From Candidatus Omnitrophota bacterium (lineage in GTDB: Bacteria; Omnitrophota; Gorgyraeia; Gygaellales; Profunditerraquicolaceae): a stretch of DNA of 64,000 bases. A program made the translations under genes and the position numbers. The DNA is taken from positions 263,903-327,902 of the forward strand of contig JAUSED010000003.1 of NCBI GenBank assembly GCA_030650425.1, given 5' to 3'. Positions 11,514 to 21,387 of the stretch are shown piece by piece; the first letter of the stretch is position 1; every line of letters begins with the position of its first letter. The notes beneath the pieces are model-generated. The model saw only the letters and a list, made by a program, of their open reading frames with translations, was not told where the DNA came from and made no database searches.

Positions 11514-12787
11514 AAAATATCTATCATAAAGCGCGGCTAAATAACGGATTGAGGATTATTAGCCATGTTATTTCCGAGCGTCACTCTGCCGCCTTAGGTA
11601 TCTGGATATATGTCGGAGGAAGGTATGAAACTAGCGCGAATAAAGGGATCTCACATTTTTTAGAACATATTTTATTTAAAGGAACGAAAAAATACTCTTG
11701 CCGCCAGCTTAAGGAATCAATCGAGGGGATCGGTGGTTCCCTCAATGGTTTTACCTCTGAAGAATCCACCTGTTATCTGGTTAAGGTTCCCGCCAGCCGC
11801 ATCAATATCGGTTTAAGCGTCTTATCGGAGATGGTCATCAATCCGACTTTACCCGCTCAAGAGATTGAAAAAGAAAAAACCGTAATTCTGGAAGAGCTAA
11901 AAATGTATAAAGATCTTCCTCAAAGTTATGTATATGAGCTTTTGGATGAGTTACTTTGGCCAAATCAGCCATTGGGCGCGCCGATCATAGGAACGGTTGA
12001 TTCTGTAAGGGCTATTGACCGTAAGAAGCTGGCAGATTTTAAAGAAGAACATTATACAACCTCCAATATTGTGGTGAGCGCCTGCGGAAATATAGATTAT
12101 CGTCAATTAGAGCGAGGCGTAGAGAAAATATTCTCTAGCCTTAAAAGCGAAAGGCTGAATACTTTTACTGAGGCAAAAGAAAAACAAGGTAGGCCGGGTC
12201 TGAAAGTTTTTCCTAAGGATACGGAGCAAACGCATATGGCTTTGGGTTTTAGAAGTTTTAGAAGAGAGCATCCCTTAAAGCATGCCTTGGGTTTACTGCA
12301 TATTATATTAGGCGGAAATATGTCGAGCCGCCTCTTCAATGAATTAAGGGAGAAGCGCGGGCTGGCTTATGAAATAGGGACATTAGCCAAGCGTTTTCAG
12401 GATACAGGCGCGTTTGTGGTGCACGCCGGCATCGACAATAAAAAAGTATCCGAGGCGATTCAATTGATCCTGAAAGAATTAAAAAAGACGAAGGATCATT
12501 TGGTTACTGCCGATGAATTCAGGCGGGCTAAAGAATTCTATATTGGACAGTTAAAACTTGCGCTGGAAGATACCTTGGAATATATGCTTTGGATCGGCGA
12601 AAATACCCTGATGTTAGGCAAGACTTTTTCTTTGGATGAAATTATCGCTGAGGTAAACCGCGTGGATAGAGCGGATATCCGCGAGGTAGCGCGGAAGGTA
12701 TTTATCGACGATAATATTAACTTGAGCCTGATCGGCCCGTTGGCCGGAAAAGAAAATAAAATACGTCAAGGATTATACATAGGATAG
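11510..12787 (+). CDS. M16 family zinc peptidase (pitrilysin/MPP-like)
   Basis: inverted zinc motif HFLEH, SSRLFNELREKRGLAY. Confidence 0.93.
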   Translation: MKNIYHKARLNNGLRIISHVISERHSAALGIWIYVGGRYETSANKGISHFLEHILFKGTKKYSCRQLKESIEGIGGSLNGFTSEESTCYLVKVPASRINIGLSVLSEMVINPTLPAQEIEKEKTVILEELKMYKDLPQSYVYELLDELLWPNQPLGAPIIGTVDSVRAIDRKKLADFKEEHYTTSNIVVSACGNIDYRQLERGVEKIFSSLKSERLNTFTEAKEKQGRPGLKVFPKDTEQTHMALGFRSFRREHPLKHALGLLHIILGGNMSSRLFNELREKRGLAYEIGTLAKRFQDTGAFVVHAGIDNKKVSEAIQLILKELKKTKDHLVTADEFRRAKEFYIGQLKLALEDTLEYMLWIGENTLMLGKTFSLDEIIAEVNRVDRADIREVARKVFIDDNINLSLIGPLAGKENKIRQGLYIG

Positions 12788-12790
12788 GCC

Positions 12791-13801
12791 ATGGCAATAT
12801 TTATTTTAATGTTTTTATTTAGTATCTTGGCGGTTATGTCTTTTTTCTTTGCGGTTGCCGAAACTTCAGTGATTGCCTTGAGTAAGATCCGGCTGCGCCA
12901 TATGGTTTCTCAAGGCATAAAACGCGCCCAGAGCATACAAAACCTGGTTACCAAGCTGGATAAATTTATCGCCGCTATCCTGGTCGGGAATGATTTCGTA
13001 AATATTGCCATGGCGGCTATTATGACTATATTGTTCGTGCCCTTATTTGGCGCCGGACTAGGCGCTACCATAGCTACTTTTATTACCACTTTATTTGTGC
13101 TCATCGTTTGCGATATAACCCCTAAAATGCTGGCCGCGAAACATACAGAAAAGTCAGCTCTCATTATCGCGCCCATGATGGAGGCGTTTATCAGGGCATT
13201 GAATCCTATCATTAATTTTTTTGTTAGTATAAGTAATTTTATCCTTCGAGTTTTTAATGTAGGCCCGAGTAACAGGTCCCCTCTTATTACCGAAGAAGAG
13301 CTGAGGGTGATGATCGAAGTCGGAAAGGAAGAAGGCGTATTAAGCGACGAGGAAAGAAAGATGCTGCATCGTATCTTTGAGTTCGGCGATACGAAAGTAA
13401 ATGATGTTATGGTGCCTAAGCAGAAAATGACCGCCGTCAATATCAATACCACTTCGGAAGAGCTGTTGAATATATTTGTAGAAGAAGGGCATGCCCGGCT
13501 GCCGGTTTTTAATGGGACGATTGATAATATCGTGGGAATTATTTATGCCCGCGACCTGCTTTATATATTAAGAGATAAAGGGCTTTTTCTTTTACAGGAT
13601 TTGGTGCACGAGGCTTATTATGTCCCGGAAAGTATGAGAGTAAATGAGCTTTTGAGAAAGTTTCAGCTGGATAAACTCCAGATAGCCATAGTGGTAGATA
13701 GCGCCAAGAAGACGCTGGGGCTGATTACTTTGGAAGACCTGATTGAGGAGATTGTCGGAGAGATAGAAGAGGAGCATGGGGCCCGGGAACCCCATAAATA
13801 A
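12791..13801 (+). CDS. CNNM/DUF21-CBS membrane protein (TlyC/CorB-like), no clear C-terminal CorC domain
   Basis: N-terminal TM helices (FFAVAET, PKMLA), CBS pair (RLPV, TLEDLIEEIVGEI). Confidence 0.9.
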   Translation: MAIFILMFLFSILAVMSFFFAVAETSVIALSKIRLRHMVSQGIKRAQSIQNLVTKLDKFIAAILVGNDFVNIAMAAIMTILFVPLFGAGLGATIATFITTLFVLIVCDITPKMLAAKHTEKSALIIAPMMEAFIRALNPIINFFVSISNFILRVFNVGPSNRSPLITEEELRVMIEVGKEEGVLSDEERKMLHRIFEFGDTKVNDVMVPKQKMTAVNINTTSEELLNIFVEEGHARLPVFNGTIDNIVGIIYARDLLYILRDKGLFLLQDLVHEAYYVPESMRVNELLRKFQLDKLQIAIVVDSAKKTLGLITLEDLIEEIVGEIEEEHGAREPHK

Positions 13802-13804
13802 AAA

Positions 13805-13832
13805 TTGACCTTTAAATTAAAAGTTGTATAAT
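13805..13832 (+). promoter_or_regulatory. sigma70-type promoter for the small Zn-ribbon gene, rsfS and argS
   Basis: TTGACC-N16-TATAAT in an intergenic gap. Confidence 0.6.
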
Positions 13833-13868
13833 AAAAAACAATAAGTTCCACAAACAAGGAGGAATGAA

Positions 13869-14018
13869 ATGGCAGAGAAAGGTTATTGCGTCAAATGCAA
13901 ATCCAAAAAAGAGATGAAAGATGAGCAGAAAGTAACGATGAAGAACGGCCGTAACGCAATGAAAGGAAAATGTACTTCTTGCGGCACTGGTATGTATAAA
14001 ATCTTAGGCGGCAAATAA
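13869..14018 (+). CDS. 49-aa basic zinc-ribbon protein (DUF5679-like), not in the supplied ORF track
   Basis: MAEKGYCVKCKSKKEMKDEQKVTMKNGRNAMKGKCTSCGTGMYKILGGK; AAGGAGG RBS; two CxxC pairs. Confidence 0.85.
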   Translation: MAEKGYCVKCKSKKEMKDEQKVTMKNGRNAMKGKCTSCGTGMYKILGGK

Positions 14019-14044
14019 CTTTATTAATATAAGAGGTCGGATCA

Positions 14045-14401
14045 ATAGATACAAAAAAGTTAGCTCAACGTATCGCGGTAGCTGCTAAGTCGAAAAAAGC
14101 GCAGAAGGTAGTAATCTTGGATATGCGTAAGGTTGCCGCCTTCTGCGATTATTTTATTATTGCAAGCGCCACATCCTTAAGGCACGCGAATGCCGTTGCC
14201 CGGGGGATAGAGGAAGATTTAGCCAAGGATCATATAAAATCACTCTCCAAATTTCCTGTTAACGATGAATCAGGGTGGGTGGTTTTGGATTTTGGTTCAG
14301 CCATTGCGCACGTATTCTATAAGCCGGTGCGCGAGTTTTACGCTTTAGAGCGCCTCTGGTCTGACGCAAAGAAGGTAGCCCTCCCACGTAAGCCGCACTA
14401 A
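14045..14401 (+). CDS. rsfS: ribosome silencing factor RsfS, probable ATA start
   Basis: DYFIIAS, WVVLDFG, REFYALERLW; RsfS-like N-terminal helix extends back to ATA 14045, which has an AAGAGG RBS; in-frame TAA at 14030. Confidence 0.9.
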   Translation: MDTKKLAQRIAVAAKSKKAQKVVILDMRKVAAFCDYFIIASATSLRHANAVARGIEEDLAKDHIKSLSKFPVNDESGWVVLDFGSAIAHVFYKPVREFYALERLWSDAKKVALPRKPH

Positions 14402-14407
14402 TTTTAA

Positions 14408-16045
14408 ATGAAAGAGAACATCCAGGAGCAAGTAACTAATCTAATCAAGTCTGCCTTAAAGGAAGCGGGTTTAGATCCTTCCTTAAGCGAAGAGTTGTAT
14501 TTAGATATCCCCGCGGAGAGCCGTTTCGGAGACCTGAGCGCGAATGTCGCCATGCGCCTGGCTAAGCCTTTAGGGAAATCTCCTCGCGAGATAGCTAATA
14601 ATTTAATCGCGGAAATCAATAAGCAGATAGTTAAGAGTTCCTTAAAAGATGATATTAAGGAAATTAAAGTCGAAGGCGCCGGATTCATTAATTTTTATTT
14701 TAGCGATAAATATTTCTATGAGCAGCTGCAGGATATTGTAAAGCGGGAAAAAGAAAGCCTCAAGGTTAATCTCGGTGAAGAAAAGCCCGTATTAATCGAA
14801 TTTGTCAGCGCCAATCCTACCGGTTCGCTCTCGGTGGCCCACGCCCGTCAAGCAGCAGTAGGGGATGCCTTGGCGAATATCCTAAACTTTTTAGGTTTTC
14901 AGGTTAAAAGAGAATATTACCTTAATGATCAGGGAAATCAGATCAATATTCTCGGTAATTCCGTTGAATTAAGAATGAAGGAACTCGCAGGAGAGAAGAT
15001 AGAATTTCCGGAAAACTATTATCAAGGCGAGTATATTTATGAAATCGCCAAGCAAGCTCAGGAAAAAAAGATAGCAACGCGAGATTTGGGAGATTTTTCC
15101 GCAAATTTTATTCTAAACATAATTAAAAAAGAACTGGATGATTTCGGTGTAAAATTTGACTATTGGTATTCTCAGAAAGCACTGGAAAAGAGCGACAAGA
15201 TTCAAAAGGCCTTCGAGTATTTAAAGAAGAAAGGTTTCCTTTATGAGCAGGAGGGCGCCCTCTGGTTCAAATCTACTGCTTTTGACGATGATAAAGACAG
15301 GGTGGTGATTAAAAGCGACGGATCCTACACTTATCTAGCCCCTGATATTGCCTATCATGACGATAAATATAAGCGCGGGTTTAGATGGTTAATCAATCTT
15401 TGGGGCCCTGATCATCACGGATACATCAGCAGGCTTAAGGCTTCAGTGGCAGCCTTCGGACGCGATCCGGATTCGCTGGCAATAGTTATTGTGCAGTTAG
15501 CGACGATCTTTAGGGATGGCAGGCCTGTGCAGATGTCCACCCGCCGCGGAGAGTATATAACCTTAAGAGAGGTATTGGATGAAGTGGGCAGGGATGCCGC
15601 CAGGTTCTTTTTTCTTATGCGGCGTACCTCCAGCCACTTGGATTTTGATTTGGATGTCGCCAAAAAACAGAGTTCCGAGAATCCGGTATATTATGTGCAA
15701 TACGCCCATGCGCGTATCTCGAGTATTGTGCGCAACTCTACGCTTAAATTAAATAAAGATACGGATTTATCAGTTTTAAAAGAAAAAGAAGAATTAGCTT
15801 TAATCAGGAAGATACTGCAATTTTCCTATATTTTAAATATTTGCCTGAAGACCCGGGATCCCTATATGCTCACGGTTTATCTGCAGGAGCTCTCCGAGAC
15901 CTTCCATAAATTCTATGATTTGCATCGTGTTTTAAGCGATGATGCCGAGCTTACCCAGGGAAGGCTTTGTCTTATCGAAGGAACAAGGATCGTGATTGCC
16001 TGCGGCTTGGATCTATTGGGTGTCTCTAAGCCTGAAAAGATGTAA
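14408..16045 (+). CDS. argS: arginine--tRNA ligase
   Basis: EFVSANPTG, WGPDHHGY, MSTRRG, YVQYAHAR. Confidence 0.97.
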   Translation: MKENIQEQVTNLIKSALKEAGLDPSLSEELYLDIPAESRFGDLSANVAMRLAKPLGKSPREIANNLIAEINKQIVKSSLKDDIKEIKVEGAGFINFYFSDKYFYEQLQDIVKREKESLKVNLGEEKPVLIEFVSANPTGSLSVAHARQAAVGDALANILNFLGFQVKREYYLNDQGNQINILGNSVELRMKELAGEKIEFPENYYQGEYIYEIAKQAQEKKIATRDLGDFSANFILNIIKKELDDFGVKFDYWYSQKALEKSDKIQKAFEYLKKKGFLYEQEGALWFKSTAFDDDKDRVVIKSDGSYTYLAPDIAYHDDKYKRGFRWLINLWGPDHHGYISRLKASVAAFGRDPDSLAIVIVQLATIFRDGRPVQMSTRRGEYITLREVLDEVGRDAARFFFLMRRTSSHLDFDLDVAKKQSSENPVYYVQYAHARISSIVRNSTLKLNKDTDLSVLKEKEELALIRKILQFSYILNICLKTRDPYMLTVYLQELSETFHKFYDLHRVLSDDAELTQGRLCLIEGTRIVIACGLDLLGVSKPEKM

Positions 16046-16048
16046 CTT

Positions 16049-17737
16049 ATGCACTCCCACAAGATATTAAGAATCGCCTCCTCTCATACGCGCCTTCAAA
16101 ATGAATTAATCCAAGAACTCAAAATTTCTAAAATCCTTGCCCAGATTTTGATCAATCGCGGGTTCACTAGCGTTACGGAAGCACAAAACTTTATTGACGT
16201 AAAGCCAGGCCATTTACTCGACCCGTTTTCTTTTCATTCCATGCAGAGGGCGATTAACCGCATTAAAGAAGCTCAAAGTAGAAAAGAAAAAGTGATGATT
16301 TTTGGAGATTATGATGTTGACGGAGTAACCAGCGTTGCCCTGCTAAAGGGGGTTCTGGAAAGATCCGGTTTGAATGTCTCTCACTATATTCCACATAGGA
16401 TAAGAGATGGATACGGCCTGACTAGGGATATCGGGCATATCGCTAAAGAGAAGAAGATAAAACTTTTAATTACAGTTGATTGCGGTATCGCTAATCACCG
16501 CGAGGTAGAGGAATTAAGTAAGCATAATGTCGATACGATTATTACCGATCATCATGAGCCGCAAAGGGATGCTTTGCCTTCCGCCGTAAGCATAATTAAT
16601 CCGAAAGCCAAAGACTCTGGTTATAAATTCCGGGAACTGGCAGGAGTCGGCGTTGTCTATAAACTTTGTCAGGCATTAAGTAACTCCAGACTAACTGACG
16701 AGCTGGATCTAGTGGCCTTAGGGACAGTGGCTGACGTCGTTCCCTTGACCGGAGAGAATCGCGTAATCGTTAAAGAAGGATTACTTAGGCTGGCTAAGAC
16801 TAAGAAACCGGGGTTGGCTGCGCTGATTGCAGGCGCGGGGATAAAAAATAAGAAATTCAACGCTACTTCTATAAGTTTTATGCTCGCTCCGCGCTTAAAT
16901 GCTGCAGGCCGGATGGATTCGGCGGAAACTTCTTTAAAATTATTAATGAGCGCGGATTCCCAAGAAGCAGGGGAGATTGTCCGTCAACTTGAACAGCATA
17001 ACCGCTCTCGCCAGAAAATTGAAGGTAAGATTATGGAGGAGGCAGAGGATATTATCAACAAGGAAATCAATTTTAAGGAGCATAAAGTTATTGTGGTAGC
17101 TAAAGAAGATTGGCATCAGGGTGTTTTGGGGATTGTGGCGGCGAAGCTGGCGGACAGGTTTTACCGCCCGACAATCGTCATCTCGCTAAACGATAAGATG
17201 TGCAAGGGCTCAGGACGTTCAATCAAAAATTTTCATTTATTTTCGGCGCTTAAAGAATGCCGGGAATTTTTACACACCTTTGGAGGACATGCTCATGCCG
17301 CCGGCCTGATGATTACGCGCGATAGGATTAATGATTTTAAGCAGAGTATAAACCGGTTCGCGCACGAAAAATTGTCCATTGAAGATCTTTTACCGGGTTT
17401 AGATGTTGATATGGAATTGAATCTAGCGGATTTAAACGAGAGCGCGGTAGAGGAGCTGGAGAAATTAGAGCCCTTTGGCGCGGGAAACCCCGAGCCGCTT
17501 TTTTATACCCGTAACCTTAAGTTAAAAGGCCAGCCGCAAAGCTTAGCGCGTCAAACTTTGAAATTCTGGGTTACTGACGGTAAGGCCAGTTTACAGGTAA
17601 TTGGCTTTGGGATGGAGGGGCTGCGTATGAGCCTGATTGAGGCGAATGCGCTGGATATAGTCTATACCCCGCGCATGGATAACTGGCTGGATAATTCCTC
17701 GATCATTTTAGAGGTTAAAGATATTTTCTTTAAGTAG
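16049..17737 (+). CDS. recJ: ssDNA-specific exonuclease RecJ
   Basis: GDYDVDG, TVDCG, TDHH, PRLNAAGR, GGHAHAAG, EPFGAGNPEP. Confidence 0.97.
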   Translation: MHSHKILRIASSHTRLQNELIQELKISKILAQILINRGFTSVTEAQNFIDVKPGHLLDPFSFHSMQRAINRIKEAQSRKEKVMIFGDYDVDGVTSVALLKGVLERSGLNVSHYIPHRIRDGYGLTRDIGHIAKEKKIKLLITVDCGIANHREVEELSKHNVDTIITDHHEPQRDALPSAVSIINPKAKDSGYKFRELAGVGVVYKLCQALSNSRLTDELDLVALGTVADVVPLTGENRVIVKEGLLRLAKTKKPGLAALIAGAGIKNKKFNATSISFMLAPRLNAAGRMDSAETSLKLLMSADSQEAGEIVRQLEQHNRSRQKIEGKIMEEAEDIINKEINFKEHKVIVVAKEDWHQGVLGIVAAKLADRFYRPTIVISLNDKMCKGSGRSIKNFHLFSALKECREFLHTFGGHAHAAGLMITRDRINDFKQSINRFAHEKLSIEDLLPGLDVDMELNLADLNESAVEELEKLEPFGAGNPEPLFYTRNLKLKGQPQSLARQTLKFWVTDGKASLQVIGFGMEGLRMSLIEANALDIVYTPRMDNWLDNSSIILEVKDIFFK

Positions 17738-17749
17738 GATAGGGGAAGT

Positions 17750-17977
17750 TTAGGCTCTCTTAAGCTCGCCTTTTTTAATACACTTTGCGCAGACGTAGAC
17801 TCTTTTGGCATGACCCTTAATAAGGATCCGCATCTTTTGTAAATTAGGAAGGAATTTACGCATCGTCCAGCGGCTGATCTTGGAACCTGTGCCGCCTTTG
17901 GCTTTGTATTGGCCTTTGCGCGTAACAGTTTTACCTTTAAGCGCGCCTTTTCCGCATAAAGCACATTTTTTAAGCAT
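17750..17977 (-). CDS. rpmB: 50S ribosomal protein L28
   Basis: CALCGK, RKFLPNLQ, VCAKCIK; AGGAG RBS on the minus strand. Confidence 0.93.
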   Translation of the reverse strand: MLKKCALCGKGALKGKTVTRKGQYKAKGGTGSKISRWTMRKFLPNLQKMRILIKGHAKRVYVCAKCIKKGELKRA

Positions 17978-18004
17978 TTTTATTACTCCTTAATTAGGTA
18001 ATTA

Positions 18005-18040
18005 AGTATACTTGAATTTTGTATCTTGTCAAGATAGAAT
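18005..18040. promoter_or_regulatory. overlapping divergent promoters (rpmB and helicase-nuclease)
   Basis: minus strand TTGACA(18032-18027)-N16-TATACT(18010-18005); plus strand TTGAAT(18012)-N17-TAGAAT(18035). Confidence 0.55.
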
Positions 18041-18043
18041 ATA

Positions 18044-20959
18044 ATGCAGATGAATAATATTTTAGAAGGGCTAAATCACGAGCAGAGAGAGGCGGTTACC
18101 TATGAAGAAGGACCGCTTTTGATTATTGCCGGAGCAGGTACAGGCAAAACCACGGTGATTACGCGCAGGATTGCCTGGCTTTTATCCGAAGGATTATGTA
18201 AAACCAACGAAATTTTGGCGCTCACCTTTACGGATAAGGCAGCCCGTCAGATGCAGGATCGCGTAGATGAGTTAGTTCCTTACGGTTATACGGATATCTG
18301 GATTTCTACCTTTCACGCTTTTGGCGACAAACTTCTACGCGAAAACGCCCTGATTGCCGGGCTAAATCCGGATTTTAAGGTCTTAACACGGAGCGAGGCC
18401 GCGGTTTTCTTCCGCGAGCATATTTTCCAGTTCAGTCTAAATTATTTTCGTCCGCTTGCCGATCCTACGCGTTTTATCGAAGCCTTAATTCAGCTTTTTA
18501 GCCGGGCCAAAGACGAAGATATCTCACCTGAAGCGTATATAAAATTCGCTCAAGACTTAAGTCTAAAAGCTAAAGAGAGCCCCGAAGACCTTGCTCTTCA
18601 GGAAGAATCAATTCAACATCTGGAAGTCGCTTGCGCCTATGCCAAATATCAGGAGTTATTAGCCAAAGAAGGCTTGCTTGATTTTGGCAACCAATTTTAT
18701 CTGGCCTTAAATCTATTGCGCGCTCATCCGAGTATTCTCAAGAAATACCAGCAGCAGTTTAAATATATTTTAGTTGATGAATTTCAAGATACAAACTTCG
18801 CGCAATACCAATTGGTGAAATTAATCAACAAGGAGAATGGAAATATCAACGTTTGCGGAGATGATGACCAGTGTATCTATAGGTTTCGCGGAGCGGCATA
18901 CTCTAATTTATTAAGTTTTATCCGAGATTTTCCTAATGGGAAAAGTATAAGTATCGTACAGAATTATCGTTCTACCCAAGCTATTTTAGACAGCGCTTAC
19001 CGCCTGATTCAGCAGAATAACCCTGAACGTTTTGAGATTAAGGCTAAGATTAATAAGCGGCTGATCGGGTTAAGTAAAGAAGGTCAAGCGCCGCAACATC
19101 TGCATTTCGACTCAATCTCCACCGAAGCGGATAATGTAACAAAGATAATCAAAGATAAGGTAAAGTCAGGAAGTTTTAAATATAATGATTTTGCGCTTTT
19201 AGTCCGTTCTAATTCTGACGCCGAATCTTTTATTCAGGCCTTGAATTTAGAAGATATACCTTGGCAGTTTAGCGGGAATCAGGGTCTTTATACGAGGGAG
19301 GAAGTAAAGCTATGTATTAATTTCTTAAGGGTAGCCGCGAATTTATCCGATTCTTTAAGCTTATATTATTTAGTCAGCTCGGAAATATACGAATTAAACC
19401 TAATTGACCTTAATGCCTGTAGTCATTATGCCCGGCGCAGAAATAGATCGCTCTATTCGGTTTTTACGGAGTTAGCCGCAATCGAAGAATTAAAAGGGAT
19501 AGCAGAGGAGAGCCGCGGAAAAATAGAAAAAATTTTGGCGGATTTGGAGAAATTCTTAAAAATTTCCCGTGAAAAGACTACCGGTAGGTTGCTTTATACT
19601 TTCCTTACGGATACGGGTTATTTAAAAAAGCTCACTAAACATCAAAATTTGGAAAATGAAACTAAAATCCAGAATATCGCTAAGTTTTTTAATAATGTCC
19701 GTGACTTCGAACTGGTGGCTAAAGAAGACCGGGTGATTAGCTTTGTGAACTACCTTAATCTTTTGATTGAAGCCGGAGATGACCCGCCGACAGCTGAAGC
19801 TGACTTGGATACTGACGCGGTGAATATCTTGACTATTCATAAAGCCAAAGGCCTTGAATTTAGAGTTGTGTTTTTGGTTAGCCTTGTACAGGGCCGTTTT
19901 CCCTGGCCACGCCGCTCTCAGGCCATCGAACTCCCGGATTCTTTAATCAAGGAAGTTTTGCCGACAGGGGATTTTCATATTCAGGAAGAGAGGCGCCTAT
20001 TTTATGTCGGTTTGACCCGCGCCAAGGAAGAGTTATATTTAACTAGCGCCGAAGATTACGGCGGTAAGCGGCTGCGCCGGGTGAGCCAGTTTGTTTTTGA
20101 GGCATTAGGGACTGAGAATAAGGAAAAAGAGAAGAAAAAAGCCAGCAGTTTAGAGGCAATTCAGCGTTTCGCGCCGAGAAAAGATTCAATTAAGCCGGTA
20201 ATGAAGAAAATTAACGCGGAATCGCCGGTGCATTTAACTTATTACCAAATAGATGATTACCTGACTTGCCCGCTTAAATATAAATACGTAAATATCCTGC
20301 GCGTGCCGATTATGGAACATCATACGGTTATTTACGGCCGGGCAATGCACGAAGCTGTAACCAAATATTATCAGTATCGCCTCGCCGGTAAGGAGATGAA
20401 ACTAGGCGAACTTTTGGATGCCTTTAAGAACAGCTTTGACCCGCAGGGATTTTTGGATAAGGCCCATCAGGAGGAGCGTTTTAGGGTTGGCCTAGAGGCG
20501 CTGAATCGTTTCTTCCACGCGGAAGAAGAGCGGATGAAAGAACCGAAATTTATCGAAAAAGATTTTTCCTTTATGTTCGCGGGGAATAAAATTACCGGCA
20601 GATTTGACCGCGTAGACGAAGATGGTGAAGAAGCGGTAATTGTGGATTTTAAGACCTCCGAGGTTAAAGCGCAAAAAATCGCGGATAAAAAGGCCTCAGA
20701 GAGCCTGCAGCTCGCGCTTTATTCACTGGCCTATCAAAATATTTTTGGAAAGTTACCCAGCCGGGTTGAGCTTTATTTCTTAGAGTCAGGAATTATCGGA
20801 AGCTATGCTATCGAAGAAGAAGATTTGGATGCAATAAAGGATAAGCTAAAAGAAGTTGCTGAGGGGATCCGTAAGCAGAATTTTGAGGCTACACCAACAT
20901 ACATGGCCTGCAGTTATTGCGCTTATAACCAGATTTGTCCCTTTGCCAAGATTCGTTAG
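18044..20959 (+). CDS. UvrD/PcrA-like SF1 helicase fused to a C-terminal PD-(D/E)XK (RecB/AddB-like) nuclease
   Basis: AGAGTGKT, VDEFQDTN, TIHKAKGLEF, EERRLFYVGLTRA; C-terminal GRFDRVD, VDFKT, QLALY; Cys set CP...CxxC-x5-C. Confidence 0.93.
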   Translation: MQMNNILEGLNHEQREAVTYEEGPLLIIAGAGTGKTTVITRRIAWLLSEGLCKTNEILALTFTDKAARQMQDRVDELVPYGYTDIWISTFHAFGDKLLRENALIAGLNPDFKVLTRSEAAVFFREHIFQFSLNYFRPLADPTRFIEALIQLFSRAKDEDISPEAYIKFAQDLSLKAKESPEDLALQEESIQHLEVACAYAKYQELLAKEGLLDFGNQFYLALNLLRAHPSILKKYQQQFKYILVDEFQDTNFAQYQLVKLINKENGNINVCGDDDQCIYRFRGAAYSNLLSFIRDFPNGKSISIVQNYRSTQAILDSAYRLIQQNNPERFEIKAKINKRLIGLSKEGQAPQHLHFDSISTEADNVTKIIKDKVKSGSFKYNDFALLVRSNSDAESFIQALNLEDIPWQFSGNQGLYTREEVKLCINFLRVAANLSDSLSLYYLVSSEIYELNLIDLNACSHYARRRNRSLYSVFTELAAIEELKGIAEESRGKIEKILADLEKFLKISREKTTGRLLYTFLTDTGYLKKLTKHQNLENETKIQNIAKFFNNVRDFELVAKEDRVISFVNYLNLLIEAGDDPPTAEADLDTDAVNILTIHKAKGLEFRVVFLVSLVQGRFPWPRRSQAIELPDSLIKEVLPTGDFHIQEERRLFYVGLTRAKEELYLTSAEDYGGKRLRRVSQFVFEALGTENKEKEKKKASSLEAIQRFAPRKDSIKPVMKKINAESPVHLTYYQIDDYLTCPLKYKYVNILRVPIMEHHTVIYGRAMHEAVTKYYQYRLAGKEMKLGELLDAFKNSFDPQGFLDKAHQEERFRVGLEALNRFFHAEEERMKEPKFIEKDFSFMFAGNKITGRFDRVDEDGEEAVIVDFKTSEVKAQKIADKKASESLQLALYSLAYQNIFGKLPSRVELYFLESGIIGSYAIEEEDLDAIKDKLKEVAEGIRKQNFEATPTYMACSYCAYNQICPFAKIR

Positions 20960-21014
20960 CCTTTAAATAATTATCATTGAATTAATCGGTATTTAACGTT
21001 AAAATAAACGTCCT

Positions 21015-21371
21015 ATGAAAAGATTTGTCTTGTACCTTATTCGTTGGCAGTTAAGCACGCCCATATTGTGGTTGGCAGTCAGGCAGCTGGGGACGAGCAT
21101 CTATGCTACGGTAATTGCCAATCTCATCGGCGGCGCGATCTTCTTTTGGGTGGATAGGTTTATTTTTACTTCCAAGGCGATCGAGGTATGGCACCTTAAG
21201 GAAGGTAGGTGCGATAAGTGTGGAACAAGCTCACATTTATGGCGCTTGGTTAAAACTGTAAATTACGATAAAAGCGATGCCCGGCCGGTATTTCTATGCA
21301 TGAAATGTTCAAAAGAGAAAACCGATGAGTTAAGGGCTAAAGGTATTGCTGTGCGCGGTAGGAGCAAATAA
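21015..21371 (+). CDS. hypothetical membrane protein with C-terminal Zn finger
   Basis: hydrophobic N-terminal hairpin, then CDKC...CMKC; promoter-like TTGAAT-N17-TAAAAT directly upstream. Confidence 0.7.
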   Translation: MKRFVLYLIRWQLSTPILWLAVRQLGTSIYATVIANLIGGAIFFWVDRFIFTSKAIEVWHLKEGRCDKCGTSSHLWRLVKTVNYDKSDARPVFLCMKCSKEKTDELRAKGIAVRGRSK

Positions 21372-21387
21372 CGAAAGGAGTAATGAA

